From: Acholeplasma sp.
Lineage (GTDB): Bacteria; Bacillota_I; Bacilli_A; Acholeplasmatales; UBA5453
DNA length: 64,000 nt
Direction of reading: 5' to 3'
Assembly (NCBI GenBank): GCA_036677365.1
Contig: JAVBWN010000012.1
Coordinates: 128,001-192,000, forward strand
This document shows, in pieces, positions 29,583 through 40,155 of this stretch. A program made the translations under genes and the position numbers. Within the stretch, counting starts at the first letter, position 1. Every line of letters begins with the position of its first letter. The notes below the pieces were generated by a model, which did not search any database, was not told the origin of the DNA, and saw nothing but the letters and a program-made list of their open reading frames with translations.

Positions 29583-31480
29583 GTACATGTACACATGAAC
29601 ATGACCATCACGATTCTTGTCATGAACATGAACACCATGGGTACTTAAATCTGATTTTGTTTGGGGTAGGTTTATTGTTTTATACCATCGCCTGGTTCAT
29701 TCCATTGGATTGGCTTAAAACCAGTCTATTTTTACTCACCGTTTTACTTTCAGGATACCACGTGATTTTTGAAGGTTTCATCGATACATTTAAGCGTTCA
29801 ATCCATCAAAAACGCTTCATACCCAACATCCACTTACTCATGAGTTTAGGTGCTTTGGGTGCCATCCTCATTGGTGAATACAGTGAAGCGGCACTGCTGA
29901 TATTGATTTTCGCAGGGGCACATTTTTTAGAAGATTTCGCTGAATCTAAAAGCAAAAAAGAAATCACAAGCTTACTGAAGTTAAAACCCAAACAAGCGCG
30001 TAAAATCGATACGAACGGTGAAGTGATTTTGGTCGATGTGGATACACTTAAGTTGGGGGATTCCTTACAGGTTTTACATGGGGATTTAATTCCAGTCGAT
30101 GGCAAAATCACCCAAGGGTATACAACCGTTGATCAATCCGCCATCACTGGGGAGAGTATCCCTGTGGATAAAGGTCCTGAGGATGTCGTTTATGGCAGTA
30201 CACTCAATGTCACACAATCCTTCACGATGGTCGTGACTAAGAATATCGAAGAAACATTGTTTTCTGGTATTTTAAAGATGGTCAGTCAAGCTCAAAAAGA
30301 TTTATCCAAAACCGCCAAATGGATTCAAAAGATAGAACCGATATACGTCACGATTGTACTCATCTTCGCCCCGATATTTTATGTACTTGGGTTATATCTA
30401 TTAGGGTATACAAATGAAGTCGCTTTTTATAAGACCATGGTGTTTTTGATTGGGGCTTCCCCTTGTGCCTTAGCAGCAACAGATATCCCTGCCACTTTAT
30501 CCGCTTTGTCACACTTAGCGAAACGTGGGGTTTTATTTAAGGGTGGGTCTTACTTATCAAACTTCAATGATATTAAAGCCATCGCTTTTGATAAAACAGG
30601 TACGTTAACCCTGGGTAAACCTGAAGTGACCGATGTCATTTGGTTATTTAACGAAGATAAAAAAGAAATCTTGGTATCGATGGAAAAGACATCAAATCAC
30701 CCATTGGCTTTAGCCATTCAAAACCATTTTAAAGGAATTTCAACCATCACACTGGATGTATTACATAAGATCGGTTCAGGGGTAGAAACCACCATCGATG
30801 GTATGACTTATTTTGTAGGCAACAAAACCCACTTCATCGATCCCTCTATGGTGGCCGATGAGATTCAAACCCGACTCGAATTTGAAGGTAAAACCGTTGT
30901 TTTCTTTGGACAGCAAGATCAAATATACTGTGTGATTGGTTTGAAAGACCAACCCAAACCATCCGCAAACCCGACGATTGCATATTTTAGGAAAGCAAAC
31001 ATCAAAACAATCCTCTTGTCTGGGGATACCACAAATACAGCAGTAGCCATTGGACAATCCTTGGGAATGGATGTTATGATTGGTGAGGTGCTCCCGGAAG
31101 ATAAGGCGAATGAAATCATCTCCCTGAAAAAAACCTATGGTAGCGTCGCGATGGTGGGGGATGGGGTCAACGACGCCATCGCTTTGGTCAAAGCTGATAT
31201 TGGTTTTTCTATGAAACAAGGCACCGATGTCGCGATGGCAGTGAGTGACGCGGTATTGATGGATGATGACTTATCCAAATTGGTTTTGACACACAAGATT
31301 AGTCGAAAATTGAGACGTATTGTCATTCAAAACATGATGTTCGCTTTACTCGTGGTTCTGTTTTTAATCACAACCAATCTGGTTTTTTCGATCCAATTAT
31401 CCCTAACCGTATTCATCCATGAAGGCAGTACATTGTTGGTCATCCTCAATGGGCTCAGAATGCTCAAAAATTTGAAATGA
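29579..31480 (+). CDS. P1B-4-type heavy-metal ATPase (Zn/Co/Cd/Fe) with His-rich N-terminus
   Basis: SPC and HEGST motifs, DKTGT, GDGVND, N-terminal His/Cys-rich tail. Confidence 0.92.
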   Translation: MSTCTHEHDHHDSCHEHEHHGYLNLILFGVGLLFYTIAWFIPLDWLKTSLFLLTVLLSGYHVIFEGFIDTFKRSIHQKRFIPNIHLLMSLGALGAILIGEYSEAALLILIFAGAHFLEDFAESKSKKEITSLLKLKPKQARKIDTNGEVILVDVDTLKLGDSLQVLHGDLIPVDGKITQGYTTVDQSAITGESIPVDKGPEDVVYGSTLNVTQSFTMVVTKNIEETLFSGILKMVSQAQKDLSKTAKWIQKIEPIYVTIVLIFAPIFYVLGLYLLGYTNEVAFYKTMVFLIGASPCALAATDIPATLSALSHLAKRGVLFKGGSYLSNFNDIKAIAFDKTGTLTLGKPEVTDVIWLFNEDKKEILVSMEKTSNHPLALAIQNHFKGISTITLDVLHKIGSGVETTIDGMTYFVGNKTHFIDPSMVADEIQTRLEFEGKTVVFFGQQDQIYCVIGLKDQPKPSANPTIAYFRKANIKTILLSGDTTNTAVAIGQSLGMDVMIGEVLPEDKANEIISLKKTYGSVAMVGDGVNDAIALVKADIGFSMKQGTDVAMAVSDAVLMDDDLSKLVLTHKISRKLRRIVIQNMMFALLVVLFLITTNLVFSIQLSLTVFIHEGSTLLVILNGLRMLKNLK

Positions 31481-31488
31481 AATTGAAT

Positions 31489-31528
31489 ACGAGTTCATCT
31501 CTAAAAAAGGTGAACTCGTTTTCTTTTT
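31489..31528 (+). terminator. Intrinsic terminator
   Basis: ACGAGTTCA(T)C...GGTGAACTCGT followed by a T tract. Confidence 0.75.
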
Positions 31529-31604
31529 ACACTATGTGTAGTCAAAAATTGAAACAATTCAAAAATTACCGTGAAGTTTCAATTTTTTCAATAATCATTT
31601 AAAT

Positions 31605-31655
31605 AGAAATCGCTTACATAATTATTTTGACAAACCCCTTTTTATCGACTATACT
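31605..31655 (+). promoter_or_regulatory. Sigma-70 promoter with upstream cre-like site
   Basis: TTGACA(31627)-17-TATACT(31650), with AGAAATCGCTTACA at 31605-31618. Confidence 0.7.
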
Positions 31656-31698
31656 TTAAATTAGATAGTACTTTTCACGCTATCACTTTAATTTTTAA

Positions 31699-31718
31699 TA
31701 ATCGAAACGTTTCGATTA
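31699..31718 (+). promoter_or_regulatory. LacI-family operator
   Basis: Perfect 20-bp palindrome TAATCGAAACGTTTCGATTA with a central CG. A LacI gene ends the operon. Confidence 0.85.
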
Positions 31719-31748
31719 CTTGAAATCAATCATGAGGGAGGAAAAGAA

Positions 31749-34700
31749 ATGAAAAAATTGATGTACATTTTGGTTGGCTTACTTCTAGTAACAAGCTTGG
31801 CAGCTTGTGTTCCGGCCGAAGAAACTGTGAAGTACACAGTCACCTTTATGTCTGAGGGTGGGTCTGTCGTATCACCAGTCGAAGTCAACGAAAATGGTTT
31901 AGTTACCAAACCTGCCGACCCAACCAAATCGGGTTATACCTTTGGTGGTTGGTACAAAGAAGAAGCACTTACAAACCCATGGGTTTTCGCAACCGATAAA
32001 GTTACAGGTCACGTATCTCTATACGCTAAATGGACCCCAGTTCAAGGACCTTATACCGTAACATTCATCACCAATGGGGGATCCATCATCCCACCAGCAA
32101 CCGTGAATGCCGGTAGTGCGGTTTCAAAACCAACCGACCCAACCAAACCACATTTTACATTTGATGGTTGGTATACCGACGTCGCATTTAACAACGCTTA
32201 TGTATTTACAAGCGCCGTCAACGCGAACATCACATTGTATGCGAAATGGAATCCAATCGTATTCGTGGTTACATTTGAATCAAATGGTGGATCAGCGGTT
32301 GTTGCAGCCAATGTGAACTCAGGGACTGCTTTAACTGAACCTACAGCACCTACCAAATCGGGTTATACCTTTGGTGGTTGGTATGTTGAAGCGGGATTAG
32401 TTACCCCATATGTGTTTACAGATGTGGTTAACAACAGCTTTACACTCTATGCTAAATGGATTGAAAGCACCCCGATGGTATCCTTCAATACCGATGGTGG
32501 TTCAGCCGTCACTTCAGTTACAGTTAATAATAATGTCGTGATTGCACGCCCAGCCGACCCAGTCAAATCAGGATTCTTATTTGCAGGTTGGTACCGTGAC
32601 CAAGCATACACCGATTTATGGAACTTTGAAGTAGATGCCCCAACAGAAAGCATCACTTTATATGCGAAATGGAAAGCAGAAACCAACTTCAATCAAACTT
32701 TTAAAGTGTTGTCGATTGGTAACAGTTTTTCAGAAGATGCGCACCGTTTCTTATGGAGCATTGCACAATCTTACGGCATTCCAGCAGAAAACATCGTGGT
32801 TGCGAACATGTATATTGGCGGGTCAGAACTCGCACAACATGTGACCAACATTCAAAATGACGCGGCTGCGTATACGTATCAATTATTTGAAGACGCTACT
32901 GTGGAATCGATCAATGGCGTTAAACTATCTGCAGCGATTCGTGCAGAACGTTGGGACGTTGTTACTTTCCAACAAGCGAGCCATTACAGTGGATTGCCTG
33001 CAAACTATGCAAACCACATCGAAACCTTAACCCGTTTCGTTGAACAAAACGCAACCAATCCAAACGTTCAAATCATGTGGCACATGACTTGGGCATACCA
33101 ACAAACCAGCACACACAGTGGTTTCAATAACTATAACAAAGATCAAATGACGATGTACAACGCGATTTTGAATGCGGTTGCTCAAAAAGTCGATCCGATT
33201 TCTCAAGTGATGAACGTCATCCCTGTAGGTACCGCGATTCAAAATGCGCGTACATCCTACATTGGTGATTTATTCACCAGAGATGGCTACCATCTATCTG
33301 ACCCACTTGGCCGTTACATCGCAGGCTTATCGTTCTTCAAGACCATCACTGGTTTTAACTTAAGTGCGTCAATTTTCCGTCCTACGGGCATCACTGAACA
33401 TTTACAAGCCTTGGCGATTGAAGCCGTAAACAGCGCGCATCAAAATCCATATCAAGTGACCAATTCTACATTTACAACCGAACCAGAACCAGAAGTCATC
33501 GAAGTCAATGGTGTATTATACCCATTCACTTATGTCCAAGGCTTCTGGGCCGATAACGCAACTGCGGTATCACCAACCACAGATGCGTTACATAATAGCT
33601 TCGCAGCGGTCATGCCGATTCCGAAGTATATGTTACCTGTCGGTTCCGAAATTGTCTTACAACCTGGGTATCAATACCGTGTGATTTATCTAGAAAAGAC
33701 GGGCGAAAATGCGTATCGTGTCTTATCCAGATCGGTATTATACACAGCCCCTTATATTGAAATTGATGCTGCATTCTGGGGCTCTTATACCCATGTCGCA
33801 TTCAACATTACCACCAACCCAACTTCTAACATATCCGCTCGTCTAGATGAAGTGGCTGGCAAACTCAAACTTTACCATCCAGAAGGCACCGGTTTAGGTC
33901 ATGTCGATTCTGACCTCACGTGGTCCTCTGGTATTTGGCAACAAGATGGTCATCTTTTGGCAGAATCGGTTTACCACCGTTCTTCTAACCCGCTCACTGC
34001 CGCTTATTACAACAACGATACTGTGGTTGAAGTAGAAGCTGGTTATAAGTTTGCTTATGTTGTCTTAAATTTCTTTGAAGGACAATACAATGTATTATCA
34101 GTCAGTGATTATCAAACTTCACCGTTATACATCGATGAAGCTTTCGCAACCGGTAAGGAACTCATCGCGTTCATCGTGACAACCACCAATGCAGATGTCG
34201 ATATGACAGCACTCGATATGGCAACTGTGGTCGATTTACATCCAGCAGTGATTCCACACGTCGATAGAGAATTCAGTTTCATCTCTGGTTATTGGGAATT
34301 GAACAAAAACGCGATTACAACCACCAATGCGAACATGACGTTCTTGAATGGATTCGCAGCCTCTCAACCACAATCCAAAGCGTATTATTCAAGCATCAAC
34401 TCGATTACCATCGCAGCAGGATATCAAGTAAGAGTCATTTATTTAGGTTATGACAACTACGGAAAATACACCGTATTACTGCGTACCAACAATTTAACTG
34501 GTACAATAGTATTAGATGAGACATTCTGGGGTGCTTATGAATACATCGCATTCAACATTTCTTCAGTACCGTCTTCTGACCTTTCAGGTGTATTAAATAC
34601 ACTACCCAACAAATTCAGTTATGATATGGACCCAATCGTCTTTACTTCTGGTTACTGGAATACCAATGGTACAGCCTTAACTGCAGGTGTGAATTTTGGT

Positions 34701-35369
34701 GGATCCAACATCATTCCAAGACAATTTATCCAAGCAGGTACGACCGTTCAAATCGAAGCGGGTTACCAAGTTCGTGTGATTTTCTTTAATTACATTGAAG
34801 GTACTGGATTCAAAGTCGCTAGCCGTACGGAAAACTTTGTCGGTTCAGCCCCACTTACCAATGGATTCTATCAAGATTTCCAATACATTGGTTTCAATAT
34901 TTCAACAGCCCCTACAGCAACCAACATCTCCGCGGTATTGGATACCCTGCCTGCTAAATTATCTTTCGTAGCATTTGTTGGTCCTGCAGTGGCACACGTA
35001 GATCAACCATTATCATTTGTTAGTGGTTATTGGAACAACTTCGCCATCGCGGTTACCCCAGGTACCGATGCCTTCTCTAAGGGCTTCGCTGCTTCAAATG
35101 TATTATCTAAAGAATCGATGGCTGACGTGACTGAAATCCAAATCGCAGCCGGTTATCAAGTGAGAGTCATCTACATGGATTACTCATTCAATACCTATTC
35201 TGTCATGCTTAGAACCAACAACTTGACAGGTACCATCGTGACTGACGCCGCTTTCTGGGGCAATTACCAATATGTCGCGTTCAATATTTCATCTGTACCA
35301 TCCTCTGATCTATCTGGATCATTGGAAACTTTACCAGCACTCATCACCATCGTGAGAATGCCGTCTTAA
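31749..35369 (+). CDS. Large lipoprotein: four InlB-B repeats, SGNH/DUF4886 hydrolase domain, about five unassigned ~120-aa repeats
   Basis: Lipobox LAAC, 'F.GWY...LYAKW' x4, 'IGNSFS...QQAS...RDGYH', and repeats 'SGYW...AGYQVRVIY...AFNISS'. Confidence 0.8.
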   Translation: MKKLMYILVGLLLVTSLAACVPAEETVKYTVTFMSEGGSVVSPVEVNENGLVTKPADPTKSGYTFGGWYKEEALTNPWVFATDKVTGHVSLYAKWTPVQGPYTVTFITNGGSIIPPATVNAGSAVSKPTDPTKPHFTFDGWYTDVAFNNAYVFTSAVNANITLYAKWNPIVFVVTFESNGGSAVVAANVNSGTALTEPTAPTKSGYTFGGWYVEAGLVTPYVFTDVVNNSFTLYAKWIESTPMVSFNTDGGSAVTSVTVNNNVVIARPADPVKSGFLFAGWYRDQAYTDLWNFEVDAPTESITLYAKWKAETNFNQTFKVLSIGNSFSEDAHRFLWSIAQSYGIPAENIVVANMYIGGSELAQHVTNIQNDAAAYTYQLFEDATVESINGVKLSAAIRAERWDVVTFQQASHYSGLPANYANHIETLTRFVEQNATNPNVQIMWHMTWAYQQTSTHSGFNNYNKDQMTMYNAILNAVAQKVDPISQVMNVIPVGTAIQNARTSYIGDLFTRDGYHLSDPLGRYIAGLSFFKTITGFNLSASIFRPTGITEHLQALAIEAVNSAHQNPYQVTNSTFTTEPEPEVIEVNGVLYPFTYVQGFWADNATAVSPTTDALHNSFAAVMPIPKYMLPVGSEIVLQPGYQYRVIYLEKTGENAYRVLSRSVLYTAPYIEIDAAFWGSYTHVAFNITTNPTSNISARLDEVAGKLKLYHPEGTGLGHVDSDLTWSSGIWQQDGHLLAESVYHRSSNPLTAAYYNNDTVVEVEAGYKFAYVVLNFFEGQYNVLSVSDYQTSPLYIDEAFATGKELIAFIVTTTNADVDMTALDMATVVDLHPAVIPHVDREFSFISGYWELNKNAITTTNANMTFLNGFAASQPQSKAYYSSINSITIAAGYQVRVIYLGYDNYGKYTVLLRTNNLTGTIVLDETFWGAYEYIAFNISSVPSSDLSGVLNTLPNKFSYDMDPIVFTSGYWNTNGTALTAGVNFGGSNIIPRQFIQAGTTVQIEAGYQVRVIFFNYIEGTGFKVASRTENFVGSAPLTNGFYQDFQYIGFNISTAPTATNISAVLDTLPAKLSFVAFVGPAVAHVDQPLSFVSGYWNNFAIAVTPGTDAFSKGFAASNVLSKESMADVTEIQIAAGYQVRVIYMDYSFNTYSVMLRTNNLTGTIVTDAAFWGNYQYVAFNISSVPSSDLSGSLETLPALITIVRMPS

Positions 35370-35437
35370 TTTAAGTTTTGGTTATAACACGAGGGATTTA
35401 GCACCCCTAAATCCCTCCCTATAAATAGGAGGAAAAC

Positions 35438-38029
35438 ATGAGAAAGGCAACAAAACTATTTTTAATGTTTTTAGTGGCTGGTTTGGTGTTTGGCATCGCT
35501 GGATGTCAACCTAAGACGCCCGAAGAAGAAGAAATCGTTGACTTCAGCGCACTTGGCGGCTGGACCGACGGTGGTGATGGCGTTTATACCATAAACACCA
35601 ACACTGCAGCAGAATTGAATGTATCTTACAACAAAGGCACATTCCCGAACGCTTTCATGCAAAGCGCAGTCATTACCAAAGACTTATCTGTCTATAAAAA
35701 ACTAGTCATTACAGTCGAAGGTATGGGTTCTATGTTGTTAAGATTAGAAACCAAAGATGATACCCCAGTAAAAGAAGTTGGCTTAAATGTCACTGCAATC
35801 AAGGGGACTTATGAATGGAACTTAATCCAATCTTCAGAATTCTTGAAGAAAGTAGACCGTATTGTCATCATTGGTTCACCTGAAAGAGAAGCTTCTACAG
35901 GTGTATTAAAGATCACAGCACTCACATTCTCAGATGAAATCGCCGATGGATTCATCATCAATGATGGATTCAATAACATTCAATCCAATGTGAATGAATA
36001 CAATGGTACCGATGAAGTGTTCCACTTCAACCAAAAGTATGAATCCAACGATGAAGGTATTTATGTCATTACTTACTCAGGCACCGATGCACAAGTGGCA
36101 TACAGTAAACCTTCTGGTTATGAATGGGCATTCATGAAGACACGTGTTCAAGGTAACTTTACAAACTTCAATTACGCTGTATTCGTTGTCCAAGGTACCG
36201 CGGGTCATAAATTACTCATCAAACCAAACGAATACAACGCTGTTGAATCGTTCATTTGGTTGGATGGTACTGAACAAGAACTCGTCATCGATTTAACTAA
36301 ACTATCCTTGACTGAAAAGAACGCAATCACTGACTTTAAGATTTTCATCGCAGCTGGTTCAGCTGGTACATCATCACAACCAATTCAAGGTCAAGTTGTA
36401 TTCAAAGACGCATTCATGATCGATGAGTATGAATTTGAAGAACCTGTATTCATCGTCAACGAATACAATGGTACCGATGCAACCTTCGCATTAGGCAACT
36501 GGTATGATGGTGGCGATTTGGTTTATACCATCACACCAAATGCTGGCGCATTCGAAGTCGATTATGTCAAGAAGGGCGAATGGAACTTCATGTACGCTTT
36601 AGTCGATGGCGACTTCAGCGGATTCGCGAAACTTGAATTTGAACTTACAGGTCAAGTCAACAAGACCATTTTATTAAAAGTAGAATCACCTGTTGGGAAC
36701 AAAGAACAACAATTCACATTTGATGGTACTAAACAAGTATTCACCATCGATTTAACCGCGATGACTCAAGCACAACTCGAACAATTGAACAAAATTGTCA
36801 TGTTCGCTGTCCCTGGTGGCTTAGGTTCAGGTGAATTCACCATCCATAGCGTCACATTTAAGAATTCAGATTACGTTGTTTCAACCCCTTGGACCAGCCT
36901 AGATGCCGGTGTATACACCTTCACAGGCACCAGCCCAGTGGTTGTCAACTATACTAAAGTGGCTGGTCAAGACTGGTCAGCAATGATCAATAACTTCAAC
37001 GCAGCTGAAGTCGCTGGTTTAAATAAGATGACTTTAGTCTTAAAAGGTACTGCAGGTAAATCTGTATTGGTTAAGCCAAATGATATGGGTGCACTTGAAC
37101 AAGTGGTAAACTTTACCGATAGTAACCCTGTAACCATCGTAGTCGAAGCAGCAAGCTTCTCGAAACTTGTTTTATTTGGTGAAGGTGGTACTGCCCCTGC
37201 GACCGGTTCATTTGAAATCGTATCACTCACATTATCGTATGTACCAGTTGAAGTCGATTTAACGGCTAAATATCAATTCAACGACAAATGGGTACCAAAC
37301 CTAGCGACCGTATACACCTATGATTTCCAAGCGAATAAGACTGTGGTTAACTATACGAAGACTGCAGGTCAAGATTGGGAATGGTTCAGAGTCGTATTTG
37401 ATGCGAAAGACGTTGCGGGTCTAAACACCTTAACCATTACCTTAAAAGGTACTGCAGGCAATCAAGTCTTGATCAAACCAAATGACCAAGGCTCACTTGA
37501 AAAATTTGTGACATTTACCGACGATCAACCGATCACAGTGACCATTTCTGCTGACCAATTCATGTCTGTATTTATGTTTGGTGCACCAGGTACAGCCCCT
37601 GCAACCGGTTCATTTGAAATCTTAGAAGCGTATCTATCTTATTCTAAAGATTTGATCAACACATGGGTTCAAAATGACCCAGGTACTTACGATGTGGTTG
37701 TTTTAGGTACATTGACTAAGGTCAACTATACCAAAGCTGCAGGTCAAGAATGGGTATTCTTGAAGTCAACTGTGGCTGCTAAAGACATCGAAGGCTTGAA
37801 CACCGTATCCGTTACCCTTAAAGGTACCGCAGGTAAACAAGTATTGGTTAAAGTCAATAACGCAGTTGAACAATGGGTAACCTTTGTCGATGATCAACCA
37901 ATCACTGTTGTAATCACCATTCCTGAAGGCATCACAGGTGTGATTCTATTCGCAGAAGGTGGCACAGCGCCAATCACGGGTTCATTTGACATCGTTTCTG
38001 CAAAAGTATATTTCAAAGCTTTAACATAA
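35438..38029 (+). CDS. Lipoprotein with tandem carbohydrate-binding-like beta-sandwich repeats
   Basis: Lipobox IAGC and about six repeats of 'W..D.GVY...V.YTK..GQ.W...LKGTAG..VL.K...G.F.I'. Confidence 0.7.
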   Translation: MRKATKLFLMFLVAGLVFGIAGCQPKTPEEEEIVDFSALGGWTDGGDGVYTINTNTAAELNVSYNKGTFPNAFMQSAVITKDLSVYKKLVITVEGMGSMLLRLETKDDTPVKEVGLNVTAIKGTYEWNLIQSSEFLKKVDRIVIIGSPEREASTGVLKITALTFSDEIADGFIINDGFNNIQSNVNEYNGTDEVFHFNQKYESNDEGIYVITYSGTDAQVAYSKPSGYEWAFMKTRVQGNFTNFNYAVFVVQGTAGHKLLIKPNEYNAVESFIWLDGTEQELVIDLTKLSLTEKNAITDFKIFIAAGSAGTSSQPIQGQVVFKDAFMIDEYEFEEPVFIVNEYNGTDATFALGNWYDGGDLVYTITPNAGAFEVDYVKKGEWNFMYALVDGDFSGFAKLEFELTGQVNKTILLKVESPVGNKEQQFTFDGTKQVFTIDLTAMTQAQLEQLNKIVMFAVPGGLGSGEFTIHSVTFKNSDYVVSTPWTSLDAGVYTFTGTSPVVVNYTKVAGQDWSAMINNFNAAEVAGLNKMTLVLKGTAGKSVLVKPNDMGALEQVVNFTDSNPVTIVVEAASFSKLVLFGEGGTAPATGSFEIVSLTLSYVPVEVDLTAKYQFNDKWVPNLATVYTYDFQANKTVVNYTKTAGQDWEWFRVVFDAKDVAGLNTLTITLKGTAGNQVLIKPNDQGSLEKFVTFTDDQPITVTISADQFMSVFMFGAPGTAPATGSFEILEAYLSYSKDLINTWVQNDPGTYDVVVLGTLTKVNYTKAAGQEWVFLKSTVAAKDIEGLNTVSVTLKGTAGKQVLVKVNNAVEQWVTFVDDQPITVVITIPEGITGVILFAEGGTAPITGSFDIVSAKVYFKALT

Positions 38030-38137
38030 AAAACCATTGGCAATACTCACGACACAGTATGCCCTCCCAATGTGGGAAAATGCTTTTAGGGGTTACCACC
38101 TTTAAAAGCATTTTTTCCATGCGGGAAAGGAGGTCAC

Positions 38138-39094
38138 ATGCCTACAATCAAAGATGTTGCGAGAAAAGCGGGGGTGTCGATCTCTACCGCTTCCTACGCT
38201 TTAAACAACCAATCGAATGTCCACCCAGATACGAAAAAGAAAATACTCGCGATTGCGAAAGAACTCAATTATTACCCCAATGGCAGTGCGAGAAATTTAA
38301 AAACCAAACGCACCGGTAATGTGGGTGTCTTTGTGTATGGGTTTGCAGGGCCAATCTTCTCAGATGTCCTAGAAGGCATTCGACAAACCCTACAAGCCAA
38401 CAATTTAAACATCATTGTCAGTTCCGGTAAAGCGTCTTCGAACTTGCTCAAAGAACGACAAGTCGATGGGGCGATTGTGTTTGATGGGCAGTTGTCTGAC
38501 GATGTCTTATTACACTATGCTTCTCAAGGCCACCCACTGTTTGTTTTGGATCGAAACTTGGTTGGACCGAACATTTACTCATCGGTTATTGACAATGAGG
38601 GTTTGGTGTATACATTCATCCAAGCGATGATTCAAAAAGGCTATGATGATTTCGCGTTTTTATCTGGACCGACCATCGCTTTTAACAACAACCATAGATA
38701 CGATGGTTTTAAACAAGCGTTACATGAAAAAGGGTTATCACATACCTACCTTCAAGGGGACTTTACGATTCAAAGTGGCTATCAAGCTGGGTTACTATTA
38801 TTAAAACAAGAAAAACGTCCAAGATTTGTATTTTGTGCAAACGATGAATCGGCGATTGGGCTCATTGAAGCTTTGAAACAAGGCGGGGTTAGGATCCCTG
38901 AAGACATCGCAGTCGCGGGGTTTGATAACATCGTTTTGGATGAATTCATTACCCCAAAACTCACCACCATTGGCATCGACCATATGGAGTGGGGTAAACG
39001 GGTAGCGACCGCTTTGATGGATATCATCAATGACCGAATCCCTGAGGACATCCAAGTCCCGATTGGCAAAATCATTTACCGTGAATCTTGTTAA
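38138..39094 (+). CDS. LacI family transcriptional regulator
   Basis: 'TIKDVARKAGVSISTAS', 'FCAND', 'GFDN', 'LTTI'. Confidence 0.95.
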   Translation: MPTIKDVARKAGVSISTASYALNNQSNVHPDTKKKILAIAKELNYYPNGSARNLKTKRTGNVGVFVYGFAGPIFSDVLEGIRQTLQANNLNIIVSSGKASSNLLKERQVDGAIVFDGQLSDDVLLHYASQGHPLFVLDRNLVGPNIYSSVIDNEGLVYTFIQAMIQKGYDDFAFLSGPTIAFNNNHRYDGFKQALHEKGLSHTYLQGDFTIQSGYQAGLLLLKQEKRPRFVFCANDESAIGLIEALKQGGVRIPEDIAVAGFDNIVLDEFITPKLTTIGIDHMEWGKRVATALMDIINDRIPEDIQVPIGKIIYRESC

Positions 39095-39113
39095 TGACAA
39101 ATGAATTGCTTCT

Positions 39114-39146
39114 AAAAAGGCACAGATGGCTGTGCCTTTATTTTTC
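39114..39146 (+). terminator. Intrinsic terminator
   Basis: AAAGGCACAG-atgg-CTGTGCCTTT followed by a T tract. Confidence 0.8.
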
Positions 39147-39249
39147 TATGTAAAACACATGTAAGATTTCCTTATTATTTCAAAATCACCATATACAACA
39201 GTATATGCTTATGCTATACTGAGGTAAAATGACGATTTTGGAGGTATAT

Positions 39250-40155
39250 ATGGACGCTATTTTAGAGATCAAGCATTTGAAAAAGTATTACGGCGAAATC
39301 AAAGCGGTCGACGACATTTCCTTTAATGTTAGACGTGGCTCACTATTCGCTTTTTTAGGACCGAACGGGGCAGGTAAATCCACCACCATCAAAGTGATTT
39401 CCACCTTACTCGATTTGGATTCGGGGGCAGTATTATTGAACGGTCAATCCGAAGACAATTACTTCAGAAACAAAATTGGGGTAGTCTTCCAAGAAAACAT
39501 CTTAGATGATTTACTCACCGTGAAAGAAAACTTACTGTACCGCGGGTCTTTATACATCAACGATAAAGCCGGTGTCCTCAAACGCTATGAAGAATTGAGA
39601 AGTTACTTACACTTAGACGAATTTGAAAACCAACGTTTCAAAACGCTCTCAGGGGGTCAAAAACGAAGAACAGAGATTGCGAGAGCTTTATTCTCAAACC
39701 CTGAAATCTTATTGTTAGATGAACCGACCACAGGCTTAGACCCAGAAACCAGACAAGTTGTTTGGAAAGTCATCGATGATTTAAGAACCTCTTCAGGGAT
39801 GACGATTTTCTTAACCACCCACTACATGGAAGAAGCGGCCGTCGCCGATCACGTAGTCATCATCAATAAAGGGAAGATTTGTGCTGAAGGCACCCCGGCC
39901 GCACTCAAAGACCAATACTCGTATGACCGTTTAAAACTGGTCCCATTCAACAAAAAGGCCTTGGTCGATTACTTAGAATCAATCCAAAGACCACACAAGA
40001 AAGTATCCGATGAATACATCATTCAAGTAGAGGATGCGAAAGACGCGATTACATTGTTAGAAGCACTCAAAGACAACATCAAACAATTTGAAGTCATCAA
40101 AGGTTCCATGGATGATGTCTTCATTCAAGTGATTGGAAGTGAACACCATGTTTAA
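39250..40155 (+). CDS. ABC-2 type exporter ATP-binding protein
   Basis: GPNGAGKS, LSGGQ, LDEPT, TTHY. GGAGG RBS. Confidence 0.92.
   Translation: MDAILEIKHLKKYYGEIKAVDDISFNVRRGSLFAFLGPNGAGKSTTIKVISTLLDLDSGAVLLNGQSEDNYFRNKIGVVFQENILDDLLTVKENLLYRGSLYINDKAGVLKRYEELRSYLHLDEFENQRFKTLSGGQKRRTEIARALFSNPEILLLDEPTTGLDPETRQVVWKVIDDLRTSSGMTIFLTTHYMEEAAVADHVVIINKGKICAEGTPAALKDQYSYDRLKLVPFNKKALVDYLESIQRPHKKVSDEYIIQVEDAKDAITLLEALKDNIKQFEVIKGSMDDVFIQVIGSEHHV

Noticed and set aside
31923..32383. 32-nt exact repeat ACCAAATCGGGTTATACCTTTGGTGGTTGGTA
   Set aside because: Explained by duplicated InlB-B protein repeats within the CDS.
38059..38319. 86-aa ORF upstream of and overlapping lacI
   Set aside because: Out-of-frame overlap with lacI, no RBS, and it runs through a stem-loop.
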